From Candidatus Enterousia sp. (GTDB lineage Bacteria; Pseudomonadota; Alphaproteobacteria; Rs-D84): a DNA stretch of 59,585 nucleotides. Both the position numbers and the translations under genes were made by a program. Where the stretch lies: assembly GCA_045637165.1 (NCBI GenBank), contig JAZTYU010000002.1, positions 1-59,585 of the forward strand, written 5' to 3'. Positions 15,625 through 25,401 of this stretch are shown piece by piece; positions within the stretch are counted from its first letter, which is position 1, and every line of letters starts with the position of its first letter. Under the pieces are notes generated by a model. That model was not told the origin of the DNA. It saw only the letters and a list, made by a program, of their open reading frames with translations, and made no database searches.

Positions 15625-16146
15625 TTACTTTTTATTCTTGGCAGTCGGTTTTGACCGATTGTTTTTCTTGGCTGGGGTGCGACGTTTTGACACAACTACT
15701 TCATCACTTTGGTCCATTAAATCAATATCCATTTCGCCATTTGCAACCCCAATAACATCATTTACGTTGCGACGAATATTTGGATGACGGTCAACATATC
15801 GCTTGATTCCAATTAAAACCGCTGCGGTTATTATTTTTTCCAAATCTTGGGCTTCAAAATTTTCAGATACTTTGCCACGAATACTGGATATTATGCCAGA
15901 CACTGTATTTTTTGCACGACGAATAAATTTACGACGACGATGCAGACGAATAAATTCACTTATCCACATCCATATCAGAATTGCAACCAATGGCACAATC
16001 ACGCAAAACAAAAAATAACGATACCAACTGTCGCAAAAAGGAACAGGGAACATCGCATCACATATACGCTGAAAATGCAGAACAGATACTGCGATAATTT
16101 CATATATGGCAACCGCAGTAAAACAGATTTTTGATTTTAATAACAT
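15625..16146 (-). CDS. Membrane protein with a basic C-terminal tail, hypothetical
   Basis: Two hydrophobic N-terminal segments. C-terminus KRRTPAKKNNRSKPTAKNKK. Confidence 0.5.
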   Translation of the reverse strand: MLLKSKICFTAVAIYEIIAVSVLHFQRICDAMFPVPFCDSWYRYFLFCVIVPLVAILIWMWISEFIRLHRRRKFIRRAKNTVSGIISSIRGKVSENFEAQDLEKIITAAVLIGIKRYVDRHPNIRRNVNDVIGVANGEMDIDLMDQSDEVVVSKRRTPAKKNNRSKPTAKNKK

Positions 16147-16247
16147 TTCTTTATCCTTTGGTTAAATATAATCAAAGGATACAATAAATAGTCGCACAAC
16201 GCATCAGGTATGAATTCCACAAAAAAAATCGCCCAAACGGGCGACGG

Positions 16248-17021
16248 TTATTCAGCAACAGAATTTTCGGTTTCAGATTCTTTGTCTGATTCACGCTGTT
16301 CAACAGCACGGGCAACGGTCTCAATCTGCAACAACTGATTTTCCAATGCTGCACGTTCTGACGATTTATAACCGGTTTCATCTGACGGTGTGACAGTTGC
16401 AGTGTCAGCCCCAGATTCCGACTTTTTTGCGTCTTGACCAGACGATATTGCAGGATTTATAAGGTTGTTATATATCTCTATCGCCTGATGCGTGCCAGCA
16501 ATATCACGTGCCAACAATTTGTTTTCTGGTCCAGGAAAGAACCAATCATCAAGTTTTAATGCTGTGATTTGCATAATCGGACGTGTTCGTGCCTGGGATA
16601 ACCATTGGGGTAAAAATGGTGTATCAGAATAATACCACAACGCCCCCCAATAAAAAATTCCCATGACAACAATACCACGGATAATTCCAAAAATTACCCC
16701 CAAGGTTTTGTCTGTGACATTCATTATGCTGTCTTGGATTTTTTCACGCAGTTTTTGATTTAGAAAACCAACCGTTATCAATATTGTAAAAAACACAATA
16801 AAATACGATGCAACCAATGTGCCAACAGTTGAATCTGATAAATCAAACCACGATTGTAACAACCTGTCCAGCCAGGGTGATGCAAATCTGGCCGTGACCG
16901 CCGCAACAATCCATGACAGTGTCGCAATTGTTTCATACACACCACCACGAATTGTTGCCCAGACGGTCGATGCCAATATTATAGCAACATAAATATAATC
17001 AAGCGTTGTTAAATCAAACAT
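16248..17021 (-). CDS. cvpA: CvpA-family membrane protein
   Basis: N-terminus MFDLTTLDYIYVAIILASTVWATIRG and a four-TM layout typical of CvpA. Confidence 0.75.
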   Translation of the reverse strand: MFDLTTLDYIYVAIILASTVWATIRGGVYETIATLSWIVAAVTARFASPWLDRLLQSWFDLSDSTVGTLVASYFIVFFTILITVGFLNQKLREKIQDSIMNVTDKTLGVIFGIIRGIVVMGIFYWGALWYYSDTPFLPQWLSQARTRPIMQITALKLDDWFFPGPENKLLARDIAGTHQAIEIYNNLINPAISSGQDAKKSESGADTATVTPSDETGYKSSERAALENQLLQIETVARAVEQRESDKESETENSVAE

Positions 17022-17053
17022 ATCTGCTCCGATTATAACTGTGTTCTATTTAC

Positions 17054-17659
17054 TTATTTACGTTTGTCTTTGCGAACCAAGACATAGCCCAAGCCTGCAA
17101 CCAAGACAATCAGCAAGCCCCAGAACCAAACTACGCTGCCTTCACTTTTTTTTTCGGCATCGACAGCTGGTTCAGCTGCTGTTTCTGATTCTGCAACTGT
17201 TTCAGCAGCAACAACATATTCTGAAATTGCGTTTACACGGTCTGCATGTTCTGCCTTGAACTTTTCTGCGTCTTCGGACATTGCCTTTTTGTTTTCAGCA
17301 GCCGCTGCCTTTTGTTCATCAGACAAGTCTACTTCGATATGCTGACGCAATGTGTCCTGCATAAAGTCTGCATAACCCTGTTCGCATTTATCACCAATTA
17401 CAATTACAGGAACACCACCATTGTCGAATTTGCATTCTGTTAATGCTGTCTGGAATTTTTCAGAATTTGCAGGTTCCATAACATTGACTTCTGTGACCTT
17501 TAATTCAGGATATTCGTAAATCAATGTGCTGGAAATGAATTCACGTGCGTGATGACAGTGTGGACAGTGTGGTGAATGATAAATTGTGATGTCCGCAGCA
17601 GACGCAGCACCAATAAAAGACATACCTAAGATTGCTGATAAAAATGATGTTTTTTTCAT
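17054..17659 (-). CDS. Secreted thioredoxin-fold protein (CPHC) with a C-terminal TM anchor
   Basis: Signal peptide, ITIYHSPHCPHCHHAREFI, GVPVIVIG, acidic linker, VVWFWGLLIVLVAGLGYVLV. Confidence 0.7.
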   Translation of the reverse strand: MKKTSFLSAILGMSFIGAASAADITIYHSPHCPHCHHAREFISSTLIYEYPELKVTEVNVMEPANSEKFQTALTECKFDNGGVPVIVIGDKCEQGYADFMQDTLRQHIEVDLSDEQKAAAAENKKAMSEDAEKFKAEHADRVNAISEYVVAAETVAESETAAEPAVDAEKKSEGSVVWFWGLLIVLVAGLGYVLVRKDKRK

Positions 17660-17787
17660 TTATTGACTCCTTTCGATGTTCCGATTATAGAAAATATTTT
17701 AATTGTGGTGCAAGTGCTTTTTAATAATTCTTTCCTGTTGTATTTTTTTATGACCAGAAACATTATTATTATCAAAGGAGGTAATTT

Positions 17788-18375
17788 ATGTTCGACTTAA
17801 ACCAATTCCCATTACCATATGAAACAAACGCATTGGCACCATATATATCCCAGGAAACAATCGAAACGCATCATGGAAAACACGTAAAAACATATATTGA
17901 TAATTTGAATAAACTTATCGAAAACACACCTTATGAAAATGTTTCGCTGGTGCAAATTATTCAAGATTCTGCAAACAAACCCGACCAAGAAAAAGTTTTT
18001 AATAATGCTGCACAAATTTATAACCACCAATTCTTTTTCAGTGGCATGTGCCCAAACTGTGCAACACAAATTCCAGATGAAATAATCCAACAATTTGGCA
18101 GTGCAGAAAATTTCAAAAAGCAATTCAAGGACGCTGCAACCAGTCTGTTCGGCAGCGGATATACGTGGCTGGTGCGTGATGGAAATGAACTAAAAATAAT
18201 AAATACAGCAAATGCAGAAACACCAATTACAAATAACATGAAACCTGTCTTGAATCTGGACGTATGGGAACACGCATATTATCTGGATTACAAAAACAAA
18301 CGTGCAGACTTTGTTGATTCATTCCTGGACAATCTGGTAGATTGGAATTTCGTTTCGGAAAATTTGAAACAGTAA
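17788..18375 (+). CDS. sodB: Fe-type superoxide dismutase
   Basis: HHGKHV, FNNAAQIYNHQFFF, DVWEHAYYLDY. AAAGGAGG SD. Confidence 0.9.
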   Translation: MFDLNQFPLPYETNALAPYISQETIETHHGKHVKTYIDNLNKLIENTPYENVSLVQIIQDSANKPDQEKVFNNAAQIYNHQFFFSGMCPNCATQIPDEIIQQFGSAENFKKQFKDAATSLFGSGYTWLVRDGNELKIINTANAETPITNNMKPVLNLDVWEHAYYLDYKNKRADFVDSFLDNLVDWNFVSENLKQ

Positions 18376-18400
18376 AAAAACGGGACAATCCCGTTTTTTT
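18374..18400. terminator. Bidirectional terminator
   Basis: Stem ACGGGA/TCCCGT (18380-18385/18389-18394), A-run before and T-run after. Confidence 0.6.
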
Positions 18401-19780
18401 TTAATCATATATTACTGGTGTTTTATTTATCGTATATATGCGGCCATCGTTTTCAATATTATAATATATATACAAAACATTTGACGGCCCAAATGTATTA
18501 TGCCATGGATTAAAATTGCCCAGGACCTGACGGGTGGTATTGTATGGAAATACCGCACTAAAAGTATTATCAAAAACACGTGAATATTTATCACTAAATT
18601 CTGGTGCAACAACAATATTCATCGCAATCACGCCATTTGGTGCAACACGTGATTTAATCCGTTGCATAAATTCAACCGTTATTAAATCTTCGGGAATCTG
18701 GTATGAATTCGAATATACGTCCAACAATATAAAATCATATTGCTCGTCTGTATTTTTCAAATACTGACTGGCATCAGCCACAATAAACTTTTTATTATCC
18801 TGTAATGGTTGGCCCAGAAAATGCCGTTCTGAAACATCTTTTAACGTATGTTCAATATCAACAAAGGTATAATCATTACGGTCGTCATTTAACCCCAGGG
18901 TAAACCCCCCTGCCCCCAAGACCAGTATTTTATATGTCCTATCCTTGGGCATTGTATAAATGAAATTTTGATTCAGATAATCAACGTATTCCGCAACAGA
19001 ACCATTTGCTGTGTTATACACAGACATCGGTAGACCATTCATATTCAAAATACGGGTAGAGCCTATTTCTGAAACAACAATCGTTGAATTTGCATTGTTT
19101 ACCAAAATCCCCAGTTTTTCAAACTGATATTTATTACTGTTGATAAAGCACGATGCCATAAAAATAAAAGCACAAACAATCCAAACCCACCAACGACGAC
19201 GCAAAATCAGTGCACCAATTACTGCCATCAGCGTTATTAAAACGACTGTGTAATTTACCCCCAGAAATGGCATCAGCAACAATGTGGTTGCAATCGAACC
19301 AAACACAGAACCAATTGTATCCCACGCCATTATGTTGCCTGTGCAGTTCTTGTTATATGCATGCAACTGACGTGATAACAACGTTGTATTAAACCCAAAT
19401 AAAAATGGTCCAGCCGACAAGAACACCAGCGAATATACAAATGTTTGTATCGCCCCAGATGTTATACCACCGGCATACAACCAAGTAAAATATCTGGTAA
19501 TCAATGGAAAACTGGCCGCACAGACAGAAAGACCAGCGATAACCAAGAAACTAAAATTTAATATTGGGCGAATTTTTTTATCATCAATTCGCTGGGATTC
19601 ACCAACAAAATACCCAAATGACATAAAGCCTAAGAATATTGCCATTATAATGCTGGTGATAACAGCACTGCTGCCGACATAAAATGACAACTGACGCAAG
19701 ACAAGTAATTCCAACGACAAACTGACATAACCGTTCAAAAAAATTAAAAACACCAACGCAGAACGTGATAATTTGTGCAT
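18401..19780 (-). CDS. Polytopic membrane domain fused to a spermidine-synthase-like methyltransferase-fold domain
   Basis: Multiple TM helices, then ILVLGAGGFTLG and DFILLDVY. ATG at 19780 after GGAAAGGA is preferred over the 19804 start. Confidence 0.65.
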   Translation of the reverse strand: MHKLSRSALVFLIFLNGYVSLSLELLVLRQLSFYVGSSAVITSIIMAIFLGFMSFGYFVGESQRIDDKKIRPILNFSFLVIAGLSVCAASFPLITRYFTWLYAGGITSGAIQTFVYSLVFLSAGPFLFGFNTTLLSRQLHAYNKNCTGNIMAWDTIGSVFGSIATTLLLMPFLGVNYTVVLITLMAVIGALILRRRWWVWIVCAFIFMASCFINSNKYQFEKLGILVNNANSTIVVSEIGSTRILNMNGLPMSVYNTANGSVAEYVDYLNQNFIYTMPKDRTYKILVLGAGGFTLGLNDDRNDYTFVDIEHTLKDVSERHFLGQPLQDNKKFIVADASQYLKNTDEQYDFILLDVYSNSYQIPEDLITVEFMQRIKSRVAPNGVIAMNIVVAPEFSDKYSRVFDNTFSAVFPYNTTRQVLGNFNPWHNTFGPSNVLYIYYNIENDGRIYTINKTPVIYD

Positions 19781-19847
19781 AGTCCTTTCCCTTTGATTCC
19801 ACAATTTGAAATGCTAGTAAAAATCTGTGTGCTATGCAACGGCAAAT

Positions 19848-20147
19848 TTAATGTGCATTCATTAGACGAACGTCATCAAATTCAGGGAAACGATTAAACA
19901 TTGCACGTGCAAACGGACATAATGTTATTATATACCGATGTTGATTGCGTGCCATATTCGCAACATTTCGAACCAACGTCAAACCAATATTGCGATGACG
20001 AAAATCGTGTTCAACCACAGTATAGTCAATTATCAATTTATCTGACCCTACACGAACAAAGGTGATTTCGCCGACCTTTTGACCATTATAAATCGCATCA
20101 AAACCATCTTTGCTTTCTGATAAAAAATATTGGATTTCATTTGACAT
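19848..20147 (-). CDS. Small GNAT-like N-acetyltransferase (YjdJ type)
   Basis: 99 aa with TVVEHDFRHRNIGLTLV and LCPFARAMF. Confidence 0.65.
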   Translation of the reverse strand: MSNEIQYFLSESKDGFDAIYNGQKVGEITFVRVGSDKLIIDYTVVEHDFRHRNIGLTLVRNVANMARNQHRYIITLCPFARAMFNRFPEFDDVRLMNAH

Positions 20148-20209
20148 ATTGCAAACATATCACATCTGATACATTTTGGACATAAGACTGTTTTCAAAAT
20201 ACAGAACAC

Positions 20210-20239
20210 TTGACAAAATTTATTTATGTGTATTATAAT
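20210..20239 (+). promoter_or_regulatory. Near-consensus sigma70 promoter predicting a leaderless transcript
   Basis: TTGACA (20210-20215), 18-nt spacer, TATAAT (20234-20239). The ATG at 20247 sits 7 nt after the -10. Confidence 0.45.
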
Positions 20240-20246
20240 ATTTATT

Positions 20247-20852
20247 ATGAAATATACAAAAGAATATAAAATTGCTGTTCTGAACTGGGCCAAGGAAAAT
20301 GGCACTACAATTGCTGCACGGCACTTTAAGTTGCAAAGCAGCACTATTATTCGTTGGAATAAAAAGTATAATATTTATCAAATGCAACCAATGCGCAGTT
20401 TTACAGAAGAACAAAAAGTTGAAATTCTGATGTATGCTGAAACCTGTGGCCTGACTAATGCGATGAGACTTTACAAGGTTGATACTGCGACCATTCAAGA
20501 CTGGAACAAAACCAGGGCAATTTATACAGGTAAAAAGGATAAAGCCCAGAATAAAAAAAAGCGTGAAGTCGTTTCAGAAGATAAAATCCTGGAAATCTTG
20601 AACTTTGCAAAAACAAATGGCGCATCAGCGGCAATCAAAAAATACAACGTTCCACAATCGACCTTGCAAAACTGGAATAAGAAATACAATGTATATGAAT
20701 CCAGACAGGCAACAAAGTATTCGGATGAAACAAAGCAGATGATTACTGATTTTGCACAACGCTATTCAATTGCAGAGGCTGCCAGGAAATTCGCCCTGCC
20801 CGGCCATCTTATCAAAAAGTGGTTGCAGGCCACAAACGGCAAGCATAAATAA
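20247..20852 (+). CDS. Protein of four tandem IS3-OrfA-like helix-turn-helix modules
   Basis: Four units: YTKEYKIAVLNWAKENGTTIAARHFKLQSSTIIRWNKKYNIY; FTEEQKVEILMYAETCGLTNAMRLYKVDTATIQDWNK; VSEDKILEILNFAKTNGASAAIKKYNVPQSTLQNWNKKYNVY; YSDETKQMITDFAQRYSIAEAARKFALPGHLIKKWLQ. Confidence 0.7.
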   Translation: MKYTKEYKIAVLNWAKENGTTIAARHFKLQSSTIIRWNKKYNIYQMQPMRSFTEEQKVEILMYAETCGLTNAMRLYKVDTATIQDWNKTRAIYTGKKDKAQNKKKREVVSEDKILEILNFAKTNGASAAIKKYNVPQSTLQNWNKKYNVYESRQATKYSDETKQMITDFAQRYSIAEAARKFALPGHLIKKWLQATNGKHK

Positions 20853-20855
20853 CCA

Positions 20856-22376
20856 TTATAATTTCACACCGTATTTGCCACGATTTATGGGACGATAGGA
20901 TAAAGCCTCGGCCAGGTCGGACATTTCAATATCCGACGCACCACGCAGGTCGGCAATCGTTCGGGCCAAACGCTTAATCCGATTATAACCACGGGCCGAC
21001 ATACCCATCTTTTCAGCAGCAGTATTCAAAAATGTCGTCAATTCAGGCGTCAATGGCGCAAAACGTTCCAATTCCGCCCCGTCCAATGTGGCATTTATTC
21101 GACCCTGACGTGCAATCTGGCGGGAACGTGCCGCAACAACACGGGCCCGTATTTCAGCACTGGTTTCACGAACCTCGTCATCGTTTGTCATTTCCCAAGG
21201 CTTTACAGCGTCAACATCAACATGCAAATCAATCCTATCCAACAATGGGCCAGAGATTTTGTTCTGGTAAGCCTCGGCACAACGGGGGGCCCGTGAACAC
21301 GACAGTGCCGCATTTCCCAAATGTCCACATGGACACGGATTCATTGCAGCAATCAACTGAAAACGTGCAGGATATGTCGCATTGCGACGGGCACGTGAAA
21401 TCAGTATACGGCCAGACTCCATTGGCTGACGCAATATCTCAAGGGTTGCACGATTAAATTCAGGCAATTCATCCAAAAACAAAACACCGTTATGAGCCAA
21501 CGATATTTCACCAGGCCGTGCATCCGAACCACCACCCGCCAGTGCAACAGGACTGGACGTATGATGAACACTGCGAAATGGACGATTCCGCATCAGGCCA
21601 TTTGATTTTAACTGACCTGCAATAGAATAGATTGTTGATGTTTCCAAAACCTCGGCCGGGGTCATCTGGGGCATAATTGTCGGCAGACGTGATGCTAGCA
21701 TTGTCTTGCCCGAACCTGGGGGACCGACCATCAACATTGCATGTCCACCTGCAGCAGCGATTTCCAATGCACGCTTGGCCGCAGATTGACCGTGAACTTC
21801 GGCCATATCCAGGGCAGAGTTCGCTTCATCTGCAATCGATGACAAATCTGGCACAGGCAACGTTTGCGTTCCCTTGAAATGATTTATCAATTGAAGAACG
21901 TGAAAAGGTGCCAATATATTTGTGTGGCCAGCCCATCGTGCCTCTGTTCCCTGGTCGCCAGGACAAATTATCCCCAGGCCATTTGCATTTGCCCAAACAC
22001 TGGCCGGCAAGACTGCATCAGTTTTTACGATGGCACCGTTCAGCCCAACTTCGCCCAGAATCAGGTATTTTTCAAGTTCTGGGGTCGGCAAAACACCAAT
22101 CGCACACAATATCCCACACAATATCGAAAGGTCAAAATGAGACCCTGATTTTTCAACGTCTGCTGGCGACAAATTCACCGTCAACCGTTTTGGTGGCAAT
22201 GACAAATTTAATGCAGACAACACATTACGAATACGTTCGGCAGATTCCTTGACCGCCCTGTCGGCCAAGCCGATAATGTTAAATTCTGGCTTTGATAGGC
22301 CAGTTGACAGTTGAACCTGAACATCAATAGGTGTGGCATCAATGCCGTGAAATATAATTGACTTTAATGATATCAT
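20856..22376 (-). CDS. comM: YifB/ComM family Mg-chelatase-like ATPase
   Basis: MLMVGPPGSGKTMLA Walker A, VLFLDELPEF Walker B, N-terminal Lon-like domain. Confidence 0.9.
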   Translation of the reverse strand: MISLKSIIFHGIDATPIDVQVQLSTGLSKPEFNIIGLADRAVKESAERIRNVLSALNLSLPPKRLTVNLSPADVEKSGSHFDLSILCGILCAIGVLPTPELEKYLILGEVGLNGAIVKTDAVLPASVWANANGLGIICPGDQGTEARWAGHTNILAPFHVLQLINHFKGTQTLPVPDLSSIADEANSALDMAEVHGQSAAKRALEIAAAGGHAMLMVGPPGSGKTMLASRLPTIMPQMTPAEVLETSTIYSIAGQLKSNGLMRNRPFRSVHHTSSPVALAGGGSDARPGEISLAHNGVLFLDELPEFNRATLEILRQPMESGRILISRARRNATYPARFQLIAAMNPCPCGHLGNAALSCSRAPRCAEAYQNKISGPLLDRIDLHVDVDAVKPWEMTNDDEVRETSAEIRARVVAARSRQIARQGRINATLDGAELERFAPLTPELTTFLNTAAEKMGMSARGYNRIKRLARTIADLRGASDIEMSDLAEALSYRPINRGKYGVKL

Positions 22377-22447
22377 ATCGGTATATTATAACTTGAATTA
22401 GACTTCTGCAAGTTATAATATAGTTGCCAAAGAAAAGGAATTGATAT

Positions 22448-23326
22448 ATGCCAGCAAAAAATAAAAATACAGCACGTGAATGGTTTAATACTATATTTTA
22501 TGGGGCGATTATCGCAATAGTTTTTCGCAGTTTCTTGCTGGAACCGTTTAATATTCCGTCGGGCTCTATGATTCCAACACTGCACGTTGGCGACCATATA
22601 TTTGTTCAAAAGTGGTCATACGGTTATTCCAGATATTCTTTCCCATTTGGTTCATGGAAAATGTGGGACGGACGCTTTTGGGCAACAGAACCAGAGGTGG
22701 GCGATATCGTGGTTTTCAGAAACCCTATCAATGAATCACAAGACTATGTGAAACGCTTGATTGGAAAACCTGGTGATAAAATTCAGATGATAAATGGTCG
22801 CCTGCATATAAATGACGTTCAAGTCCCACGTGAAAATGAACGTCCATATATTGTTGCAACTTTGCCAAAGTCTATGCGTAGTGTCGGATATTACAAGGAC
22901 AATATGTCAATCAAAGGAAATAAAATTTGGATTGATAACAAGCCTGCTGATTTTAACTATACCATAGAATATAAATCTGATGATTTCTGTGATATGTATA
23001 GTGGTATGTGTGGTGTTTTCCAGGCCAAGGAATACACAGAAACATTGCCAAACGGTGTTCAACACAGCATTATTGAAATGACAGACGATGCATATTTTGA
23101 CAATACAGAAGTATTTACTGTGCCTGAAAATCATTTCTTCTTTATGGGTGACAATCGTGACAACAGTGGCGATAGTCGTGGTGATGTTGGTTTTGTGCCA
23201 CGTGATAATGTATTGGGCAACGTTTGGTTTATTTGGTATTCACACAACTATTACGCACCAATGTTGTCTGTTTGGAACTGGGGAAATAAAATGCGGTGGG
23301 ACCGCTGGGGAATGGGTGTAAAATAA
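22448..23326 (+). CDS. lepB: Signal peptidase I
   Basis: PSGSMIPTL, GDHIFVQK, VKRLIGKPGD, GDNRDNSGDSR. Confidence 0.9.
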   Translation: MPAKNKNTAREWFNTIFYGAIIAIVFRSFLLEPFNIPSGSMIPTLHVGDHIFVQKWSYGYSRYSFPFGSWKMWDGRFWATEPEVGDIVVFRNPINESQDYVKRLIGKPGDKIQMINGRLHINDVQVPRENERPYIVATLPKSMRSVGYYKDNMSIKGNKIWIDNKPADFNYTIEYKSDDFCDMYSGMCGVFQAKEYTETLPNGVQHSIIEMTDDAYFDNTEVFTVPENHFFFMGDNRDNSGDSRGDVGFVPRDNVLGNVWFIWYSHNYYAPMLSVWNWGNKMRWDRWGMGVK

Positions 23327-23327
23327 T

Positions 23328-23975
23328 ATGGATATTCTAAATTATACTTTCAAAGATAAACAGTTGCTGGATTTGGCATTGACCCAAAGCGGTGTTGATT
23401 CAAACCACAATAATGAACGCTTGGAATTTATTGGCGACCGTGTTTTAGGACTGAGTGTGGCGGTGTTGCTGTATAAAATGTATCCAAATGAAACCGAAGG
23501 CGAATTGGCACGTCGTCATGCAATGCTGGTTTCAACCGAAACACTGGGGGAAATCGCACAAAAAATCGGTCTGGAAAAGCAAGTTCGACACGGACATATG
23601 ACCGCAGGTCGAACAAAACATATGCTGGCAAACACAATGGAGGCTATCCTGGGGGCAATTTACCTGGACGGTGGCATTGATGTTGCCAGTAGTATCATCG
23701 TTGATATTTGGCGTGATTTGGCAGCAAATGACGTAGTTGCACCAAAAGACCCAAAAACAACGTTGCAAGAACTGGTTCAACAGATGGATTCTGGCAAGTT
23801 GCCGGTCTATGAATATTTGGAATCTGTCGGGGCATCGCACAACCCTGTATTTAATGTGCGGGTTAGTGCAATGGGAAAATCTGCAACGGGAAAAGGCACT
23901 TCAAAAAAAGGGGCTAGCGTTGCCGCAGCAGAAGCATTGCTGAAAATCCTTGCAATTTCAGATTCTGCGAATTAA
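23328..23975 (+). CDS. rnc: Ribonuclease III
   Basis: NERLEFIGDRVLG signature and a C-terminal dsRBD. Starts 1 nt after lepB. Confidence 0.9.
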   Translation: MDILNYTFKDKQLLDLALTQSGVDSNHNNERLEFIGDRVLGLSVAVLLYKMYPNETEGELARRHAMLVSTETLGEIAQKIGLEKQVRHGHMTAGRTKHMLANTMEAILGAIYLDGGIDVASSIIVDIWRDLAANDVVAPKDPKTTLQELVQQMDSGKLPVYEYLESVGASHNPVFNVRVSAMGKSATGKGTSKKGASVAAAEALLKILAISDSAN

Positions 23976-24007
23976 AATCGGTGCGTATTTAACACAAGGA
24001 ATAAGAT

Positions 24008-24346
24008 ATGTTTTCAATTTTACTAGTTTTGTTGGTCATTGTTGCAGTTATGATGATTGGTTTAATTTTATTGCAAAAATCCGAAGGCTCTGGCATGTCT
24101 GGGTCCAGTGCGGCATCTATGTTTGGTGGTGCGTTGACTGGGGCGGCAGCAGGAAACTTTTTAACACGTGCAACTGCCTGGCTGGCGACAATATTCTTTA
24201 TTTTGTGTGCAGCGTTGGCTTTGGTTTCTGCAAAATCTGGTATGTCCGTTCAGGAAAGCCATCTGCGTCAAGAAATTGTTCAGCAGGAAGCAGCCGCAGC
24301 AGCAACAGAACAACAAGCCCCTGCGGAAGCACCAAGTGCAAATTAA
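24008..24346 (+). CDS. secG: Preprotein translocase subunit SecG
   Basis: MFSILLVLLVIVAVMMIGLILLQKSEGSG typical N-terminus. Confidence 0.85.
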   Translation: MFSILLVLLVIVAVMMIGLILLQKSEGSGMSGSSAASMFGGALTGAAAGNFLTRATAWLATIFFILCAALALVSAKSGMSVQESHLRQEIVQQEAAAAATEQQAPAEAPSAN

Positions 24347-24373
24347 AAAAATCCCCGTTTTGGGGATTTTTTA
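24345..24373. terminator. Bidirectional terminator
   Basis: Stem ATCCCC/GGGGAT (24351-24356/24362-24367), A-run and T-run flanks. Confidence 0.6.
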
Positions 24374-25306
24374 TTTTGGAATACTGTCGTAATTTTTTCT
24401 GATTATTTTACCACTGTGCCGCAATGCAGACGCTTCTTCGGAATCTAATTTCGGCATTAGCGTTGCAATAACACCACTACAACCAACAATACGTGGCAAT
24501 GACATTGATAACGCACGTGTGCCAATGCCATCAACAATCGATACGGTCAGGATTCTGTGTTCATCACGAACAATACAACGAACCAGGTCTGCAACCGCAC
24601 CAGCAATGCCGTCCCAGGTTGCACCACGACCTTGGATTATTTCATAGGCAGCATTATGAACACGATGTTCTATGGTGCGACGGGTTGTCATGGGCAGACT
24701 GATTTTTGTCTGCCGACAAAACGTATTCAAATCAATACCGCCAATACACGCAGAAGACCAGGCAACAATGCTGCTGTCGCCGTGTTCGCCCAACACATAA
24801 GCATTTATTGACTGGGTCGAAACCGATAACTGACGTGATAATATTGTGCGAAGACGTGCCGAATCTAACATTGTGCCTGTGCCGATAACACGCCCTGCTG
24901 GCAATTTAGACAGACGCTGGGCGACCATAACCATTACATCCAGGGGATTTGTGACGATTACAAGTTTGACAGTTTTTGCATCTACGTTCGCCATAACACG
25001 TGGGACAATATCAGATATAACCGCAGTGTTTGCCGCCAGCAAATCTGTGCGTGTTTGACCCGGACGCTGGTTCGCCCCAGCGGCAATAATTACAATTTCA
25101 GACCCACGTATGCCACGATAATTGTTCACAGCCGATATTTTCACGTCAAACGAAAATGCCGCAGCGTGTCCCAAATCTTCGGCGGCGGCACGGGCCCGAA
25201 CACCGTCACGATCAAATAAGACGATTTCCTTGGCCAGACCAGTATTTGCAACCGCTGTGGCAACCGCAGAACCGACAGACCCGATACCAATAATTGAAAT
25301 TTTCAT
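24371..25306 (-). CDS. ldh: L-lactate dehydrogenase (LDH/MDH family, Gln at the substrate-specificity position)
   Basis: IIGIGSVGSA NAD site; AAGANQRPGQTR (Q, not R); GEHGDS. Confidence 0.8.
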   Translation of the reverse strand: MKISIIGIGSVGSAVATAVANTGLAKEIVLFDRDGVRARAAAEDLGHAAAFSFDVKISAVNNYRGIRGSEIVIIAAGANQRPGQTRTDLLAANTAVISDIVPRVMANVDAKTVKLVIVTNPLDVMVMVAQRLSKLPAGRVIGTGTMLDSARLRTILSRQLSVSTQSINAYVLGEHGDSSIVAWSSACIGGIDLNTFCRQTKISLPMTTRRTIEHRVHNAAYEIIQGRGATWDGIAGAVADLVRCIVRDEHRILTVSIVDGIGTRALSMSLPRIVGCSGVIATLMPKLDSEEASALRHSGKIIRKNYDSIPK

Positions 25307-25375
25307 ATTCTCTCTCTTTTGTTTATTATCGGAATTATTATATCATAAAATTTGGCGTTTTGTATTATGAATAAA

Positions 25376-25400
25376 AATAAACGGGGCAACGCCCCGTTTG
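25376..25400 (-). terminator. Terminator downstream of proS
   Basis: Stem ACGGGGC/GCCCCGT (25381-25387/25391-25397), T-rich on the minus strand. Confidence 0.55.
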
Positions 25401-25401
25401 T

